Source of the DNA: Clostridia bacterium
GTDB taxonomy: Bacteria > Bacillota > Clostridia > Oscillospirales > UBA644
Direction: 5' to 3'
DNA length: 40,090 nucleotides
Assembly (NCBI GenBank): GCA_017441125.1
Contig: JAFSAH010000049.1
Coordinates: 1-40,090, forward strand
Shown one piece after another: positions 27,101 through 37,225 of this stretch. The stretch's first letter is position 1. Each line of letters begins with the position of its first letter. The translations under genes and the position numbers were made by a program. Below the pieces are notes generated by a model. That model was not told the origin of the DNA, did no database searches, and saw only the letters and a list, made by a program, of their open reading frames with translations.

Positions 27101-27558
27101 CATATCACTCTCTTGTTGGTTGTGGAATAGAAACAGCAGAAAAAATATCGGAATATACATTCAAAGAACTTTTGGAAAACAAAAATCTTAAAAAAAGCTG
27201 TGTTTGTGAAATTATTGAAAAAATGGAATATTTTGGCTTTACTGTTTGGGCGAGAAAGCGAAATGCAGAACTTGCAGAATTTGAAAAGCCCAAATATACG
27301 AACATAAGTAAGGATTTTGAAGAACTGGTTATGCCGAAAACAATAAACGATTCCAAACACCAAGGAACCTTGCTTTCTACATACGAACTAAGTCCTATGG
27401 CATACAACTGTTTAAGAGAAAACAACATCTGGACATTTGAAGAACTTACAGATTTTATTAAGGCAAGAGGAATAAAAGGTCTTCAAAATCTCAATAAAAT
27501 GAATTCCAATCTTCGCGACGAAATAATTCGTTTTGTAAGACTTAATGTAACTATCTGA
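24175..27558 (+). CDS. Large hypothetical protein with two C-terminal RNA polymerase alpha-CTD-like domains; DruH-like position
   Basis: GGAGG RBS. INSMGFSSKTYHSLVGCGIETAEKI...ELL..KNL.K.CV.EI and LSTYELSPMAYNCLRENNIWTFEEL resemble the alpha-CTD fold. Size and position match Druantia type III DruH (inference). Confidence 0.65.
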   Translation: MPKNITPMERLTKRIKKEFCKKRLIGDIAINDEEFELLKIYLRERFIYMYNNSKHVIYDEMFCAALVQIGIRFYDGKFWPHVKEIISRDEFNSNHHSWFGKSFVDTLILNGKSEYEKGNWMNSILMHCFVSNDYAKNFFSFLFAFYRIDLDRDISRLDRDTMNDLVEIMKRNDNSGRTYWLVEHTADAVRNNTRGAKTRIRRYLKLIDKAFWGDSLPENSENRLTKLFLDWTKTSDDFISEKKNQLGPRKHGRKSFASPYIKFNTGSFYFDLVLPQQIIRFDDFNDLYWKICIGDKTKFIEINPYSQGVTGYKTDEERIELGQTDIFSPITAELFNSSERIRLFKIAAEPIRFFDDEGDYINTESVPTGEVFSFTPRNFKPESEAILESERMGELLYTRFDFVEGDIVRFPDGKPISVGRKLQEGLLPRGIISGVHGIFDEKKIPVYSSVPTIFIKTSPKKINGTAFSINGKKTHISDENGLCAGITKFDLLDRSGDCGYLFDLSFFGCKENGIYNIEIDVPNDRSIRNWNLAYIKDFSYEFEDAPYIFKTRGTLSIPKRFEAKPVSKMSLEQDEINDYFNFDIFAEENKLQITVSDILLEFEIPMLSYAFADAEWETALHEDIWHSEFEPRIFVKYPSDKIKFFIEEDDDEDSDDDCSVEFIKNKSSDMFECDLNKFKSWFGHEKARKILYLELPDVKGPLPFLGIVMKSFLISAMLQGDFDKDVLIGNFDIIGKAEYYADIIYNGKVIAEKEPINNGKIVFDSELETGKYEVRIFESEEDEFGFGDNVFYEIGRKELDLINPLDLNGKSIVISSIYPAERKNAKLSLGCTYRIQRLKSISKEDKHNYRGTMVVESKFGNVLSVFPVNVEIFDFSKLYQAYITFVEDGDNLEFLYDEARMSIVKEEDSHLTKSQAYRRYKQSLYPEDYIFNIDFTEEKSLPENFERYFENNHNKNIVSKTDDEIKINSMGFSSKTYHSLVGCGIETAEKISEYTFKELLENKNLKKSCVCEIIEKMEYFGFTVWARKRNAELAEFEKPKYTNISKDFEELVMPKTINDSKHQGTLLSTYELSPMAYNCLRENNIWTFEELTDFIKARGIKGLQNLNKMNSNLRDEIIRFVRLNVTI

Positions 27559-27571
27559 AGGTGGTGTATTT

Positions 27572-30500
27572 ATGGGATTTTCTCCCGTTGAAGCATCTGA
27601 ACATATAACAAAAAAATACAAGCGTTATCTTAAAACAATTTTTTCCATTGATAACGATATATACAACAAACAGTTCCATGATCTGCTTTCTGACCAGAAA
27701 TCTCTTGCGGCAGGACCTTTTCTTGATGTTTCAGATTCTTTCGAAAAAGGAAAAAGTATATCTGAACTTATAGAAGAAGGCATTCTTGCGGAAGGTTTCA
27801 AAAAAATAAATATTCCTATCGAAAGACCTCTTTATAGGCATCAGGAAGAAGCGATAAGAAAAGTTTCTCAAAACAATAATCTTATTGTTTCAACCGGTAC
27901 TGGTTCCGGTAAAACAGAAAGCTTTATGATCCCGCTTCTTAATCATATAATCCGTGAACACGAAGGCGGAACCCTTGACAGCGGAGTCAGAGCTCTTCTT
28001 ATATATCCCATGAACGCTCTTGCAAATGATCAAATTGAAAGACTTCGCGACCTTCTTGCGGATTATCCTGAAATTACATATGGAAGCTATACCGGACAAA
28101 CCAAGCAGAAATATGGCGATGCACTTGCGGAATACAAGCAACTTAACGAAGGGAAAGAACCTCTTTCAAATGAATTGATTTCCCGAGAACAAATTAAAAA
28201 TACGCCTCCTCATATTCTTGTAACAAACTATGCAATGCTCGAATATCTGATGGTTCGTCCTGGAGATAATGTTTTCTTCAGTGAAGAAAATGCAAACAAA
28301 TGGAAATTTATAGTACTCGATGAAGCGCATGTGTATAATGGCAGTTCCGGAATTGAAGTAGCGATGCTTTTAAGAAGACTTAAAGCAAAGCTTAAAAATG
28401 ACAATATAAACTATATCCTCACGAGCGCAACCTTGGGAGATGAGAAATCTGACGGTGAAGTTGCCGACTTCGGTAAAAACCTTTGCAACAGCTATTTTGA
28501 TAAGAAAAACATCGTACGTGCTTTCAGAAAAGAACCTGAAATAAAGAAAAACTGTGAAACCCTTCCAATCAGTTTTTACCGGGATCTTGCCGAACTGTAT
28601 CACAACGATGATGAAGAAGAAATCAAAAAATATCTTTCTGAAAATTTTGGATTTTCCTCCATCAACAACATAGAAGAAACACTATTTGATATCATAATAA
28701 ACGATAGAAATTATGCCGAAATCAAAAACCTTGTGAGTGAAACGAGAACCCTTTATGATATAGCTGCCAAAAAAGGTTGGAGGCCGGAAGATCTTGCATC
28801 TTTTGTAACAGTTGCTTCAAAGGCCGAGAAAAACGGAGAAAGACTTTTTGACGCAAGGTATCATATGTTCCTTCGTGCAACAGAAAGTGTATTTATCACT
28901 CTTAATCCAAGCAATAAACTTTTCCTTACACGCAAAAAGAAACATTTTGAACCGGACGGAACAGATTATCACGTTTTTGAAATTGCAACCTGCAGTGTAT
29001 GTCATGCTATTTATCTCATAGGAACCATAAAAAATGATCATCTTGAGCAATCAACTTTTAACAACGAAGAAGATCTTTGCTCCGTTTTTCTTCTCCGAAA
29101 CGAAATATCTGATACAGATGAAGACCATTCGATGGAAAACGAAAATATCGAAGCGGAAGAATATGAAATATGCGCAAGGTGCGGTTTTATAAGGAAGGCC
29201 GGAAGAAGCCGCGAACAATGCTGCGAGCATGGGAATGACTACATAATAAAGGTCCAGAAAGTACAGACCAAAAACGGCAAAAAAACTCTTACAAAATGTC
29301 TTGCATGCGAAAACACAAACTCTTCCGGAATTCTGAGAATGTTCTTCAGCGGTCAGGAAGCTGTTACAAGCGTAATTGGAACCGCTCTTTATGAAGAGCT
29401 TCCTTCCTATAAAACAGTTACGGAAGTCGTTGAAGATGAAGATGAATTCGGATTTGGCGGAGAACAAACCACAGTTAAACACAAAATATCCGAAGCAAAA
29501 CAATTTATGGCTTTTTCCGACAGCCGACAAGCAGCCGCGTTTTTTGCAAGTTATTTTGATCAGACATATCGCAATATTCTTTATAAAAGACTGATTGTTG
29601 AAACTTTAAATCTTTACTCTGCGGGAGAAAAGATTCCGGTAAACCAATTTATAGATGATCTGGCTTCAAATTTTGAAAAATATGGCGTTTTGAAAAATTC
29701 TTTGGAACAAAGCAAAAAAGAAGCATGGAAAGCATTTTTGCAGGAAATTGTTGACAACAACGGAACAACTTCCCTCTATAATATGGGACTCATCGGATTT
29801 ACTTTCGATCCGGATTCCGTAAGCCAGAATGTCAAGCTTAATCTTTCCAAAGAAGATGTGTGCAATCTGTGCAATGTTTTTGCTTTAGGAATGATGAGCG
29901 ACGCCGCAATTCATTATAATTGCAATATGAATGAGGCTGACCGACAGTTTTTTGCCCATAATGGAATCGAAAACTCCTACACACTTTCCGACCCGGATGT
30001 TATAAAACACAGAAAAGCATTCATTCCAAGATTCATTGATAAAAGTAATAAAAGAGCTGACTATCTCGGAAAAGTGCTTAAAAAAGCCGGAAAGCCAATG
30101 GAACAGGAGCAGATTAATAAAGCTTTGGAATCCATTTGGAAAGGACTTTTTCTAAAAAACGGATACATAAAACCGTTTGAAGGTTCTTATAAACTCGATT
30201 GCGATAATCTCTATGTGATAAAACCTGAAAAATGGTATATATGTCCCAAATGCAAAAAAATAACCCCTTTTTATTCAAAGGGAGTCTGCCCTTCTTATAA
30301 ATGCGACGGAGAACTTATACCGATAGATCTTGAAAAAGTTTTAAGCGATAACCATTATTATGAACTCTATCAGAATCTCGATATAAGAGGGCTTAAAGTT
30401 GTTGAACATACGGCACAATTAAATAAAGAAACCGCATACGAGTATCAAAAACAGTTCAAACGCAAAGAAATTGATGTCCTCAGCTGCTCTACCACTTTTG

Positions 30501-32269
30501 AAATGGGCGTTGACGTTGGTAGTCTTGAAACGGTTTTCATGCGGAATATGCCGCCTTCTCCGGCAAACTATGCTCAAAGAGCCGGCCGTGCTGGTCGTAG
30601 TAAAAAATCTGCCGCGTTTGCTCTTACCTTCTGTAATAAAAGCAACCACGATTTTTCTTTCTTTACAAACCCGGTTAAAATGATAAAAGGAAAAATAGAT
30701 CCGCCTAAATTTGCTGTAGATAATGAAAAAATTGCAATAAGACATGTATATGCCTCTGCACTTTCTTTTTTCTGGAACAAATATCCGGATTATTTTTCCA
30801 ACGCATCCACAATGATGGAAGGCGAGGAAAATTCCGTTAACGGAATAGAAAAATTCAAAATATATCTTGAATCAAAACCGGATGATTTGAGAGAATTCCT
30901 GAAAGATTTTCTTCCGTCCAATCTTTCTATTAAGTTTGGGGTCGATGATTTCAGCTGGCTAAATATGCTTTTTGGCACAGAAGAAAATCCTGGATTGTTT
31001 AAAAAAGCCGAGTTGGAATATAACTATGAGGTTGGGATTTTAAAAGAAGCAAAGGAAGAAATTATAAGGAATGACGGTTTTGTCGATAAAATCACTCAGC
31101 GAATCCGCGTTTATCAAAAAGAAGATATTCTTTCATTCCTTTCAAGAAAAAATATCATGCCAAAATACGGATTTCCTGTTGATACTGTTGAAATGTCCGT
31201 TGTCGGCAAAAATGCTTCAGGAAGAATAGGTCTTCAGCTTCAGAGAGATCTGTCTATAGCAATTTCCGAATATGCCCCAGGTTCACAAGTCGTTGCAAAC
31301 GGAAGCCTTCTTACAAGTCGTTATATCAAAAAAGTCCCTCGGATGAGCTGGAAAATGTATGATTACATAATGTGCGATTGTAAAACGCTTAATATTGAAC
31401 CTCATGTTGACGATGTTGATCTTTCCGGACTTTCTGTTTGTCATCGCTGCGGCAAAGAACTCGAACCTTTCAAGAAAAGAGTTTTTCTTGTTCCGGAATT
31501 TGGCTTTGAAGCAGACGGAGATAAAATTGAAAAACCGGGTCTTAAGAAACCGGAAAGAACGTACCGCGGAGAAACTGCTTATGTCGGGTACCGTGCCGAC
31601 ATAAACACCGAAAGGTTCTGCATTGATAATGCAACCGTTGAAATTGCAATGAGCCGCGGTGATGAAATGGCGGTTATAAATGAATCCAACTTCTTTGTCT
31701 GTGAAACTTGCGGATTTACCGATCTTGACGAAGGTACTTTTACCAAGACAAAAAAGATGAAACATAATAATCCGTCCGGTTATCCTTGTAAAAACAACGG
31801 GAACAATATATTAAAGCGTTTTTCTCCTGGATATCGTTTTGAAACCGATGTTCTGCAACTCCGTTTTATCAATCCTGATATAGAAGATTGGGATACTGCA
31901 ATTTCTATACTTTACGGTGTTCTCAAAGGAGCTTGTTCCTATCTGAATATTGAGGAAAACGATATATCCGGATGCGTTCAGTATTTTTTCAATGACGTTA
32001 CAAGGCGCGCAAACTTTGCTCTTATTCTATATGATAAAACTCCGGGAGGAGCCGGACACGTCTGTCGCCTTGGAAATGAACGCACCTTGAAAAATGTTCT
32101 TTGTCATACTTTAAGTATGATGGAATCATGCACTTGCGGCGGAGAAGCCGGTGATTCCTCCTGCTATTCCTGCCTTAGAAATTATTATAATCAGAAATAT
32201 CACGACATCCTCAGCCGTGGAAAAGTTATCGAATTTATCAGAAGTTTTATTTCTTCCGAAAGCAATTAA
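27572..32269 (+). CDS. Large DEAH-box SF2 helicase with Zn motifs and C-terminal DUF1998 (DruE-like)
   Basis: LYRHQ, TGTGSGKT, YPMNALANDQ, LDEAH, TSAT, FSDSRQ, STTFEMGVDVG, QRAGRAGR, YDKTPGGAG and CTC...CYSCL. Confidence 0.88.
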   Translation: MGFSPVEASEHITKKYKRYLKTIFSIDNDIYNKQFHDLLSDQKSLAAGPFLDVSDSFEKGKSISELIEEGILAEGFKKINIPIERPLYRHQEEAIRKVSQNNNLIVSTGTGSGKTESFMIPLLNHIIREHEGGTLDSGVRALLIYPMNALANDQIERLRDLLADYPEITYGSYTGQTKQKYGDALAEYKQLNEGKEPLSNELISREQIKNTPPHILVTNYAMLEYLMVRPGDNVFFSEENANKWKFIVLDEAHVYNGSSGIEVAMLLRRLKAKLKNDNINYILTSATLGDEKSDGEVADFGKNLCNSYFDKKNIVRAFRKEPEIKKNCETLPISFYRDLAELYHNDDEEEIKKYLSENFGFSSINNIEETLFDIIINDRNYAEIKNLVSETRTLYDIAAKKGWRPEDLASFVTVASKAEKNGERLFDARYHMFLRATESVFITLNPSNKLFLTRKKKHFEPDGTDYHVFEIATCSVCHAIYLIGTIKNDHLEQSTFNNEEDLCSVFLLRNEISDTDEDHSMENENIEAEEYEICARCGFIRKAGRSREQCCEHGNDYIIKVQKVQTKNGKKTLTKCLACENTNSSGILRMFFSGQEAVTSVIGTALYEELPSYKTVTEVVEDEDEFGFGGEQTTVKHKISEAKQFMAFSDSRQAAAFFASYFDQTYRNILYKRLIVETLNLYSAGEKIPVNQFIDDLASNFEKYGVLKNSLEQSKKEAWKAFLQEIVDNNGTTSLYNMGLIGFTFDPDSVSQNVKLNLSKEDVCNLCNVFALGMMSDAAIHYNCNMNEADRQFFAHNGIENSYTLSDPDVIKHRKAFIPRFIDKSNKRADYLGKVLKKAGKPMEQEQINKALESIWKGLFLKNGYIKPFEGSYKLDCDNLYVIKPEKWYICPKCKKITPFYSKGVCPSYKCDGELIPIDLEKVLSDNHYYELYQNLDIRGLKVVEHTAQLNKETAYEYQKQFKRKEIDVLSCSTTFEMGVDVGSLETVFMRNMPPSPANYAQRAGRAGRSKKSAAFALTFCNKSNHDFSFFTNPVKMIKGKIDPPKFAVDNEKIAIRHVYASALSFFWNKYPDYFSNASTMMEGEENSVNGIEKFKIYLESKPDDLREFLKDFLPSNLSIKFGVDDFSWLNMLFGTEENPGLFKKAELEYNYEVGILKEAKEEIIRNDGFVDKITQRIRVYQKEDILSFLSRKNIMPKYGFPVDTVEMSVVGKNASGRIGLQLQRDLSIAISEYAPGSQVVANGSLLTSRYIKKVPRMSWKMYDYIMCDCKTLNIEPHVDDVDLSGLSVCHRCGKELEPFKKRVFLVPEFGFEADGDKIEKPGLKKPERTYRGETAYVGYRADINTERFCIDNATVEIAMSRGDEMAVINESNFFVCETCGFTDLDEGTFTKTKKMKHNNPSGYPCKNNGNNILKRFSPGYRFETDVLQLRFINPDIEDWDTAISILYGVLKGACSYLNIEENDISGCVQYFFNDVTRRANFALILYDKTPGGAGHVCRLGNERTLKNVLCHTLSMMESCTCGGEAGDSSCYSCLRNYYNQKYHDILSRGKVIEFIRSFISSESN

Positions 32270-32298
32270 TTGCAGTATTCCGGTATGAAGAGTATAAT
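32270..32298 (+). promoter_or_regulatory. Sigma-A promoter for the NYN gene
   Basis: TTGCAG (32270-32275), 17 bp, TATAAT (32293-32298). Confidence 0.55.
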
Positions 32299-32404
32299 TA
32301 AAACAAGGTTATTGTCATACTTTGTATAATTTACTCGACAGTATAAGGTGCTCTGTCGAAAAACAGGGCACCTTTATAATATATTAAACGGAAGGAGAAA
32401 AAAC

Positions 32405-33790
32405 ATGGATTTATCCGATCTTGCAGCATTAATTGAAAATCAACCCCAAAATTTCAAAGAAAATACGTTTGACCTGGTATCAAAAGTAGCATATTTGATA
32501 GGCGTTCCCAAAACAATATTCGAAAACGAACACGAACCGCCGCAGATAGAAATATATAAGCAGCTGGAAAAGGATAAAACCGCAAGAATAGTCCGTAATC
32601 TCTGCGTAATAAGAAACGCCATTGAACGAAATTATAAAAATATAAATAATGCTATGCGTTTTGAAAACAAATCGCTGTTTTATATGTCAGATTTTATTCC
32701 GCAGGACAGCATGAAACAGCTTTCCGCAGACGGAGTCAGTTTTATAAAAGGTTCGAACAACAAGCTTAATCAGCATATAATTGAAATAAACAGACTTATT
32801 TCCGACAGAATAAACAACTGCAAAGGTCTTTTTCCTCTGTGGATAAACTGGGATTATATTAAAAAGTTGTTTATTATGGAAAACGGGCTTAAAGATGAGG
32901 GAGTAAAAGCCGCTGCAGAACTTTTTTACAGCAACATGTCCTATTATCCGTATAAGGTTTATATGAACTGGATTCCCGCTGATGAAGGCAATGTGTTTTA
33001 TAATGACCGCAAATTTGCCGAACTTCTTTATATGTGGAACAACGATTATTTCGGAGAAATGAGCAAAGTTTCTGACGCCGGTGATTACGTAAAAAGCAAT
33101 ATCTATGATTATATTGAAGAAAGCAAGAAAATTGTTGTTGCCGTTGACTGCGAAAACTCCGACCCATATAAGCTCGCCGCAACAATTAAAAATCTTGATG
33201 ACGAATATCTCAGTAAAATCAGCTCCATCATTCTTTTTGACGATATACATACTGCTTCCGCATGGAGAATTCTTGAGCAGTTCACGGATATTCCCGTTGA
33301 GCACGAACTTATTGAAAGGGTTAAAGAAAACAAATCTCTTGTTGATATAAAACTTACCGCGAGAGCCTGTCAGGAGCATTATGCCAACGGCGTTGATTCT
33401 TTTATCATCTGCTCCAGCGATTCGGATTATTGGGGACTTGTAACAACTCTTTCCACGGCACGTTTTCTTTTTATGATAGAGCATGAGAAAAGTGGCCCAG
33501 ATATCAAAGCCGCTCTTTCAGACTCCGGAATATTTTTCTGTTATCTGGATGATTTCTATTCCGCAAATGCTGAGGAAATCAAACAGGTTGCGCTTTTCAG
33601 TGCAATGCGTGATTATATTGACGAAAACGTTCATCTTAATGTCAACGATATGTTGAACGAAGCATTGAAAACCACAAGAATTGAAATGGGAACTTCCGAG
33701 AAAAATCAGTTTATCAACCGTTACATAAAAACTTTGCAGATGTCCATTGCTGAAAACGGCGACCTTGTTGTGGAATTCAAAAGAAAATAA
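32405..33790 (+). CDS. NYN (PIN-like) domain protein, putative RNase, with uncharacterised N-terminal domain
   Basis: VAVDCENS, KSLVDIKL and ICSSDSDY acidic motifs. An AAGGAG RBS supports the ATG at 32405 rather than 32348. Confidence 0.8.
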   Translation: MDLSDLAALIENQPQNFKENTFDLVSKVAYLIGVPKTIFENEHEPPQIEIYKQLEKDKTARIVRNLCVIRNAIERNYKNINNAMRFENKSLFYMSDFIPQDSMKQLSADGVSFIKGSNNKLNQHIIEINRLISDRINNCKGLFPLWINWDYIKKLFIMENGLKDEGVKAAAELFYSNMSYYPYKVYMNWIPADEGNVFYNDRKFAELLYMWNNDYFGEMSKVSDAGDYVKSNIYDYIEESKKIVVAVDCENSDPYKLAATIKNLDDEYLSKISSIILFDDIHTASAWRILEQFTDIPVEHELIERVKENKSLVDIKLTARACQEHYANGVDSFIICSSDSDYWGLVTTLSTARFLFMIEHEKSGPDIKAALSDSGIFFCYLDDFYSANAEEIKQVALFSAMRDYIDENVHLNVNDMLNEALKTTRIEMGTSEKNQFINRYIKTLQMSIAENGDLVVEFKRK

Positions 33791-33833
33791 AATAAACACC
33801 CCCGTACTTTAATACGTACGAGGGTGTTTATTT
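33790..33833. terminator. Bidirectional intrinsic terminator
   Basis: AAATAAACACCC-C-CGTAC ... GTACG-A-GGGTGTTTATTT between convergent stop codons. Confidence 0.8.
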
Positions 33834-35946
33834 AAATAAGTCCGTTTTTACTTGCTTCAAACAAAATCTCATCGGGGGACATGCTTTTTATACGGACTAA
33901 ATCCCCGTAAGCTGCGGGGCAAAAATGACACGCTGTTCCATAATAATCATAAAGCTGGCTTCTGGCATATTTGACTGTTGCCCAATATTCCTGCCTTTGT
34001 CTTCGTTCTTCTTCCCACTCCGGATGGCCTGTATTCTTAGAATCCTTAAATTCCTTTTCGAATTCACAATCGGGTTCGAATCTCTTATCAAAATCGCTTC
34101 TGTCGATATCCAAATACTGGGATTCTGCAGCCTCTCTAACAAAACGTGATATGTGTTGAGATGAAAGCTCATACGTCATATAAAGGTTTTGTTTTGCCCT
34201 TGTTACAGCAACATAAAAAAGCTTCCTTTCATCTTCAAAATCACTGCGATATTTGTCCTTGTTTTCTTCGAACACTCCGCCAAGCACTTGCCAGTATTTT
34301 TTGCCTCCCATATTTCCAACCGGAAATTCACGCTCCATAAGCTCGGGCAAAAATACAGTATTGAACTCAAGACCTTTTGCTTTATGAATAGTCATAATAT
34401 GAATAGCATCGGCATTCGGATCTTTCGGAACAAAACTATGATATTTATATTCTTCCGCTGCCTGAGTTCCAAGAAATTTTAGTACTCCTGTAATTCTTGC
34501 AGAAAGCTGCCAGTCGCTGTAAATCTCATCGTAATCATCAAGAATCTTTTCAAATCCCTCAAGATCTATGCGCCGTGTTTCAACGTCCTCGGCCTCATTA
34601 TTCAAAAAGTCTGTTTTTTCACAAAATTCATGAATAATAGTACTCAGGCGGAAGTTTCCTCCTCTTACACAACTTCTCAAATACTTGAATCCAATGTTAA
34701 ACCTTTGAGCATCCAAAAGATCTTCCCAGTACTCATAAAGTTTTGCTTTATCCAAATCGTCAAGAATCTGTAATGTTCCCACAAACCTTCTGAAATAATC
34801 TCCGGCAAAAAAATGTTCCGCACTGTCTGTTTCAAAAGGAATCCCAAGTTTTTTAAGAGTTGCAGATAAGGGCGCAATTACTTTGCCTTTTCTGACAAGG
34901 ATGGCAATTTCTTTATATAGAACCCCCTTGCTGTGCAAATCGGATATTTTTTCTGCGATTGCTTTATATTGCTCTGGTTTTCCGGAAAAATTTCTTCCTG
35001 TGATTTCCGAAGGTTTATCCGAAACACCTGAGATCATTTTTTTGTCAATTCGTTTATTGTTGTGGCTGATAACATAGTCTGCGATATCAACAATTTCCGG
35101 AGTACAGCGGAAATTCTTTTCCAGTTTAATTTGCCGCACATTACTGTATCTTTCCGGAAAGGATATCATATTGTTGGCATTACTTCCGCGGAATTGATAA
35201 ATGGTCTGATCATCATCGCCGACAACACAAATATTTGCACCGAATTTCACAATACTCGAAATCAGTTTTTCCTGCAGATTATTTATATCCTGATATTCAT
35301 CGACAACAAGATATTTGATTTTGGAAATATATTCTTTGACGGCAGAATCGGTTTCAATCTGTGCAAGTGTTTCAAAAATCATAAGAGAAAAGTCGATATA
35401 ACCATGGTTATACAGACAACTTCTGTATTTTTCCAAAACATTGCGCTGTGCCTGAGTCCAGAAATCCGCGTTGTCGTAGTCATCGATCATTTTATCTATG
35501 CATTGCAGAAACAAATTGATATTACGCGGGTACGGCTCAAGATTCAGATCACTCATTCCGCATTTGTCACTGTATCTTGTAACAAAATGATGGTTTTTAA
35601 CCGTGTCAAGAATTTTATGATTCTTAAAACATTCAGAATAGTTTTTTAGAATATTATTGCAAAAACCATGTATTGTGCCTATATACATTTTTTCAATGTT
35701 GCATACATTGTTTTCACCGAGAGCTTTTTCTATGCGATTTTTTAATGATGCGGCAGCTTTTTCGGTAAAGGTGAATGCTACAATATTTTCGGGCAAAACA
35801 TCTTGCTTGTTTTGAAGAATATTTGCAATTCTTCTGGATATTACTTCAGTTTTTCCGGAACCTGCGCAGGCAATAATCTGTAAATTGTGATCGATTTCAG
35901 AAACAGCTTCCTGCTGTTCAATCGTTAAAACTACTTTGTCGCTCAT
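33832..35946 (-). CDS. UvrD/Rep-family SF1 DNA helicase
   Basis: ACAGSGKT, FTFTEKAA, VDEYQD, VGDDDQTIYQFRGS, LEKNFR, TIHKAKGLEF, LFYVAVTRAK; extra C-terminal tail with CHFC. Confidence 0.92.
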   Translation of the reverse strand: MSDKVVLTIEQQEAVSEIDHNLQIIACAGSGKTEVISRRIANILQNKQDVLPENIVAFTFTEKAAASLKNRIEKALGENNVCNIEKMYIGTIHGFCNNILKNYSECFKNHKILDTVKNHHFVTRYSDKCGMSDLNLEPYPRNINLFLQCIDKMIDDYDNADFWTQAQRNVLEKYRSCLYNHGYIDFSLMIFETLAQIETDSAVKEYISKIKYLVVDEYQDINNLQEKLISSIVKFGANICVVGDDDQTIYQFRGSNANNMISFPERYSNVRQIKLEKNFRCTPEIVDIADYVISHNNKRIDKKMISGVSDKPSEITGRNFSGKPEQYKAIAEKISDLHSKGVLYKEIAILVRKGKVIAPLSATLKKLGIPFETDSAEHFFAGDYFRRFVGTLQILDDLDKAKLYEYWEDLLDAQRFNIGFKYLRSCVRGGNFRLSTIIHEFCEKTDFLNNEAEDVETRRIDLEGFEKILDDYDEIYSDWQLSARITGVLKFLGTQAAEEYKYHSFVPKDPNADAIHIMTIHKAKGLEFNTVFLPELMEREFPVGNMGGKKYWQVLGGVFEENKDKYRSDFEDERKLFYVAVTRAKQNLYMTYELSSQHISRFVREAAESQYLDIDRSDFDKRFEPDCEFEKEFKDSKNTGHPEWEEERRQRQEYWATVKYARSQLYDYYGTACHFCPAAYGDLVRIKSMSPDEILFEASKNGLI

Positions 35947-35947
35947 A

Positions 35948-37225
35948 TTAATTACCGTAATTCATTAAATAATCATACAATTGTTTGTTTATTCTTGCTT
36001 TCTCAAGGGCAGATTCACCCTCTGTGATAGAAAAATTTATAAGCAGATATTCCCTTGTGTTATTTGCAAGATCGAATTCTGCGGAGGTATCTGCAGCCAG
36101 GTCTAAAAGATCATAGAACTCATTTTTTATTTCTCGCATTCCTGTGTATCTGGCAGCACGAGAAATAAGTTTTGCCTGATTTCCCAAGGCTCCGGTAGAA
36201 ACAAGTATATCATCACCTACAAAATCAAAGAATTTTTTCATTACTTGATCAACGTCCTCTGCGCCTTCAATAACAGACAGTTCAACCCTTGCTTTTCTTG
36301 CGGCATCTTTTCTTCCGGCTATTCCGTCCCATGGACGGATAAGGCTTTGGAATTCATCGATAATTTTCCCGTTATGTATTTTTACAGCAGCAATCTGGTA
36401 AATGGGTTTCGCTGCAACCATGCTGAATGCTTCGGAACACCAGAACGTACAATAATCCTTCAGTTCATCTTCAAAGCATTCTTTAATCGGAGTAAATTCA
36501 TCTTCTTTGATTTTTTTGGGTTTGCCTTCAATAGCAGGGTGATTGATTCCTTTCTCATCATAAAACATCGCTACCACGCGACGGCGTTCCTCCGTAGATG
36601 GCCAATATGGTTTTTTTGTACGGTATTTGTTCGTATCTTCTTTTTGTCTACTTAGTATAGATATCATATATTCAGGAGAATAAAAAAGCAATTTTCTTCT
36701 ATCAACATCGTTGCAAAGTTCGATAGCTTTTTCTGTAATGGTATCAGCCATTTCGTATTCACCAATCATAGCAAAATATTTTGCCGCTTCAGCATATATT
36801 TCACAGTAAAGATTATCAGATTCTGCGATGATTTCACACCACTGTTTTGCTTTAATTAAATCATTTGGGATATATTTTTTAATCAAATTATACAAAACAT
36901 TTTGAGCACGGGTATCAGTAATTTTATGTGATTTAAGATATTCTATTGCAGCATTTTCAAAGCGTATATCTCGGCGTATTCTGTAACATTCGCAAAGATA
37001 GTAACCGATATCTTCGTAATCACAATAATTGGAAATTTCAGAAATGAGGTCAACTCTCGCCATCTTATCTTCAAGTCCTGCAACATATTCAAGCAGATAA
37101 GGATTTTCACATTTATCTATTCTATAATAAATAATTTCATTAAAGAGTTTATTCAAATTATCCGGAGATGCACATTTTTGGCACAAATGTCTATCATTTT
37201 CGCAACCGCAGTTCAAACATTTCAT
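35948..37225 (-). CDS. Zn-finger, TPR-like and degenerate DEDD (DnaQ/PolC-like) exonuclease-fold protein
   Basis: N-terminal CLNC...CQKC and a TPR-like AKYFAMIGEYEMA..ITEKAIEL. IYQIAAVKIHNGKIIDEFQSLIRP and VMKKFFDFVGDDILV match the DEDD fold, but the catalytic acidic motifs are missing. Confidence 0.7.
   Translation of the reverse strand: MKCLNCGCENDRHLCQKCASPDNLNKLFNEIIYYRIDKCENPYLLEYVAGLEDKMARVDLISEISNYCDYEDIGYYLCECYRIRRDIRFENAAIEYLKSHKITDTRAQNVLYNLIKKYIPNDLIKAKQWCEIIAESDNLYCEIYAEAAKYFAMIGEYEMADTITEKAIELCNDVDRRKLLFYSPEYMISILSRQKEDTNKYRTKKPYWPSTEERRRVVAMFYDEKGINHPAIEGKPKKIKEDEFTPIKECFEDELKDYCTFWCSEAFSMVAAKPIYQIAAVKIHNGKIIDEFQSLIRPWDGIAGRKDAARKARVELSVIEGAEDVDQVMKKFFDFVGDDILVSTGALGNQAKLISRAARYTGMREIKNEFYDLLDLAADTSAEFDLANNTREYLLINFSITEGESALEKARINKQLYDYLMNYGN

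Noticed and set aside
33832-35946. Calling the UvrD gene pcrA or Gabija gajB
   Set aside because: It has an atypical C-terminus and an accessory context, and there is no adjacent OLD-family ATPase/TOPRIM gene.
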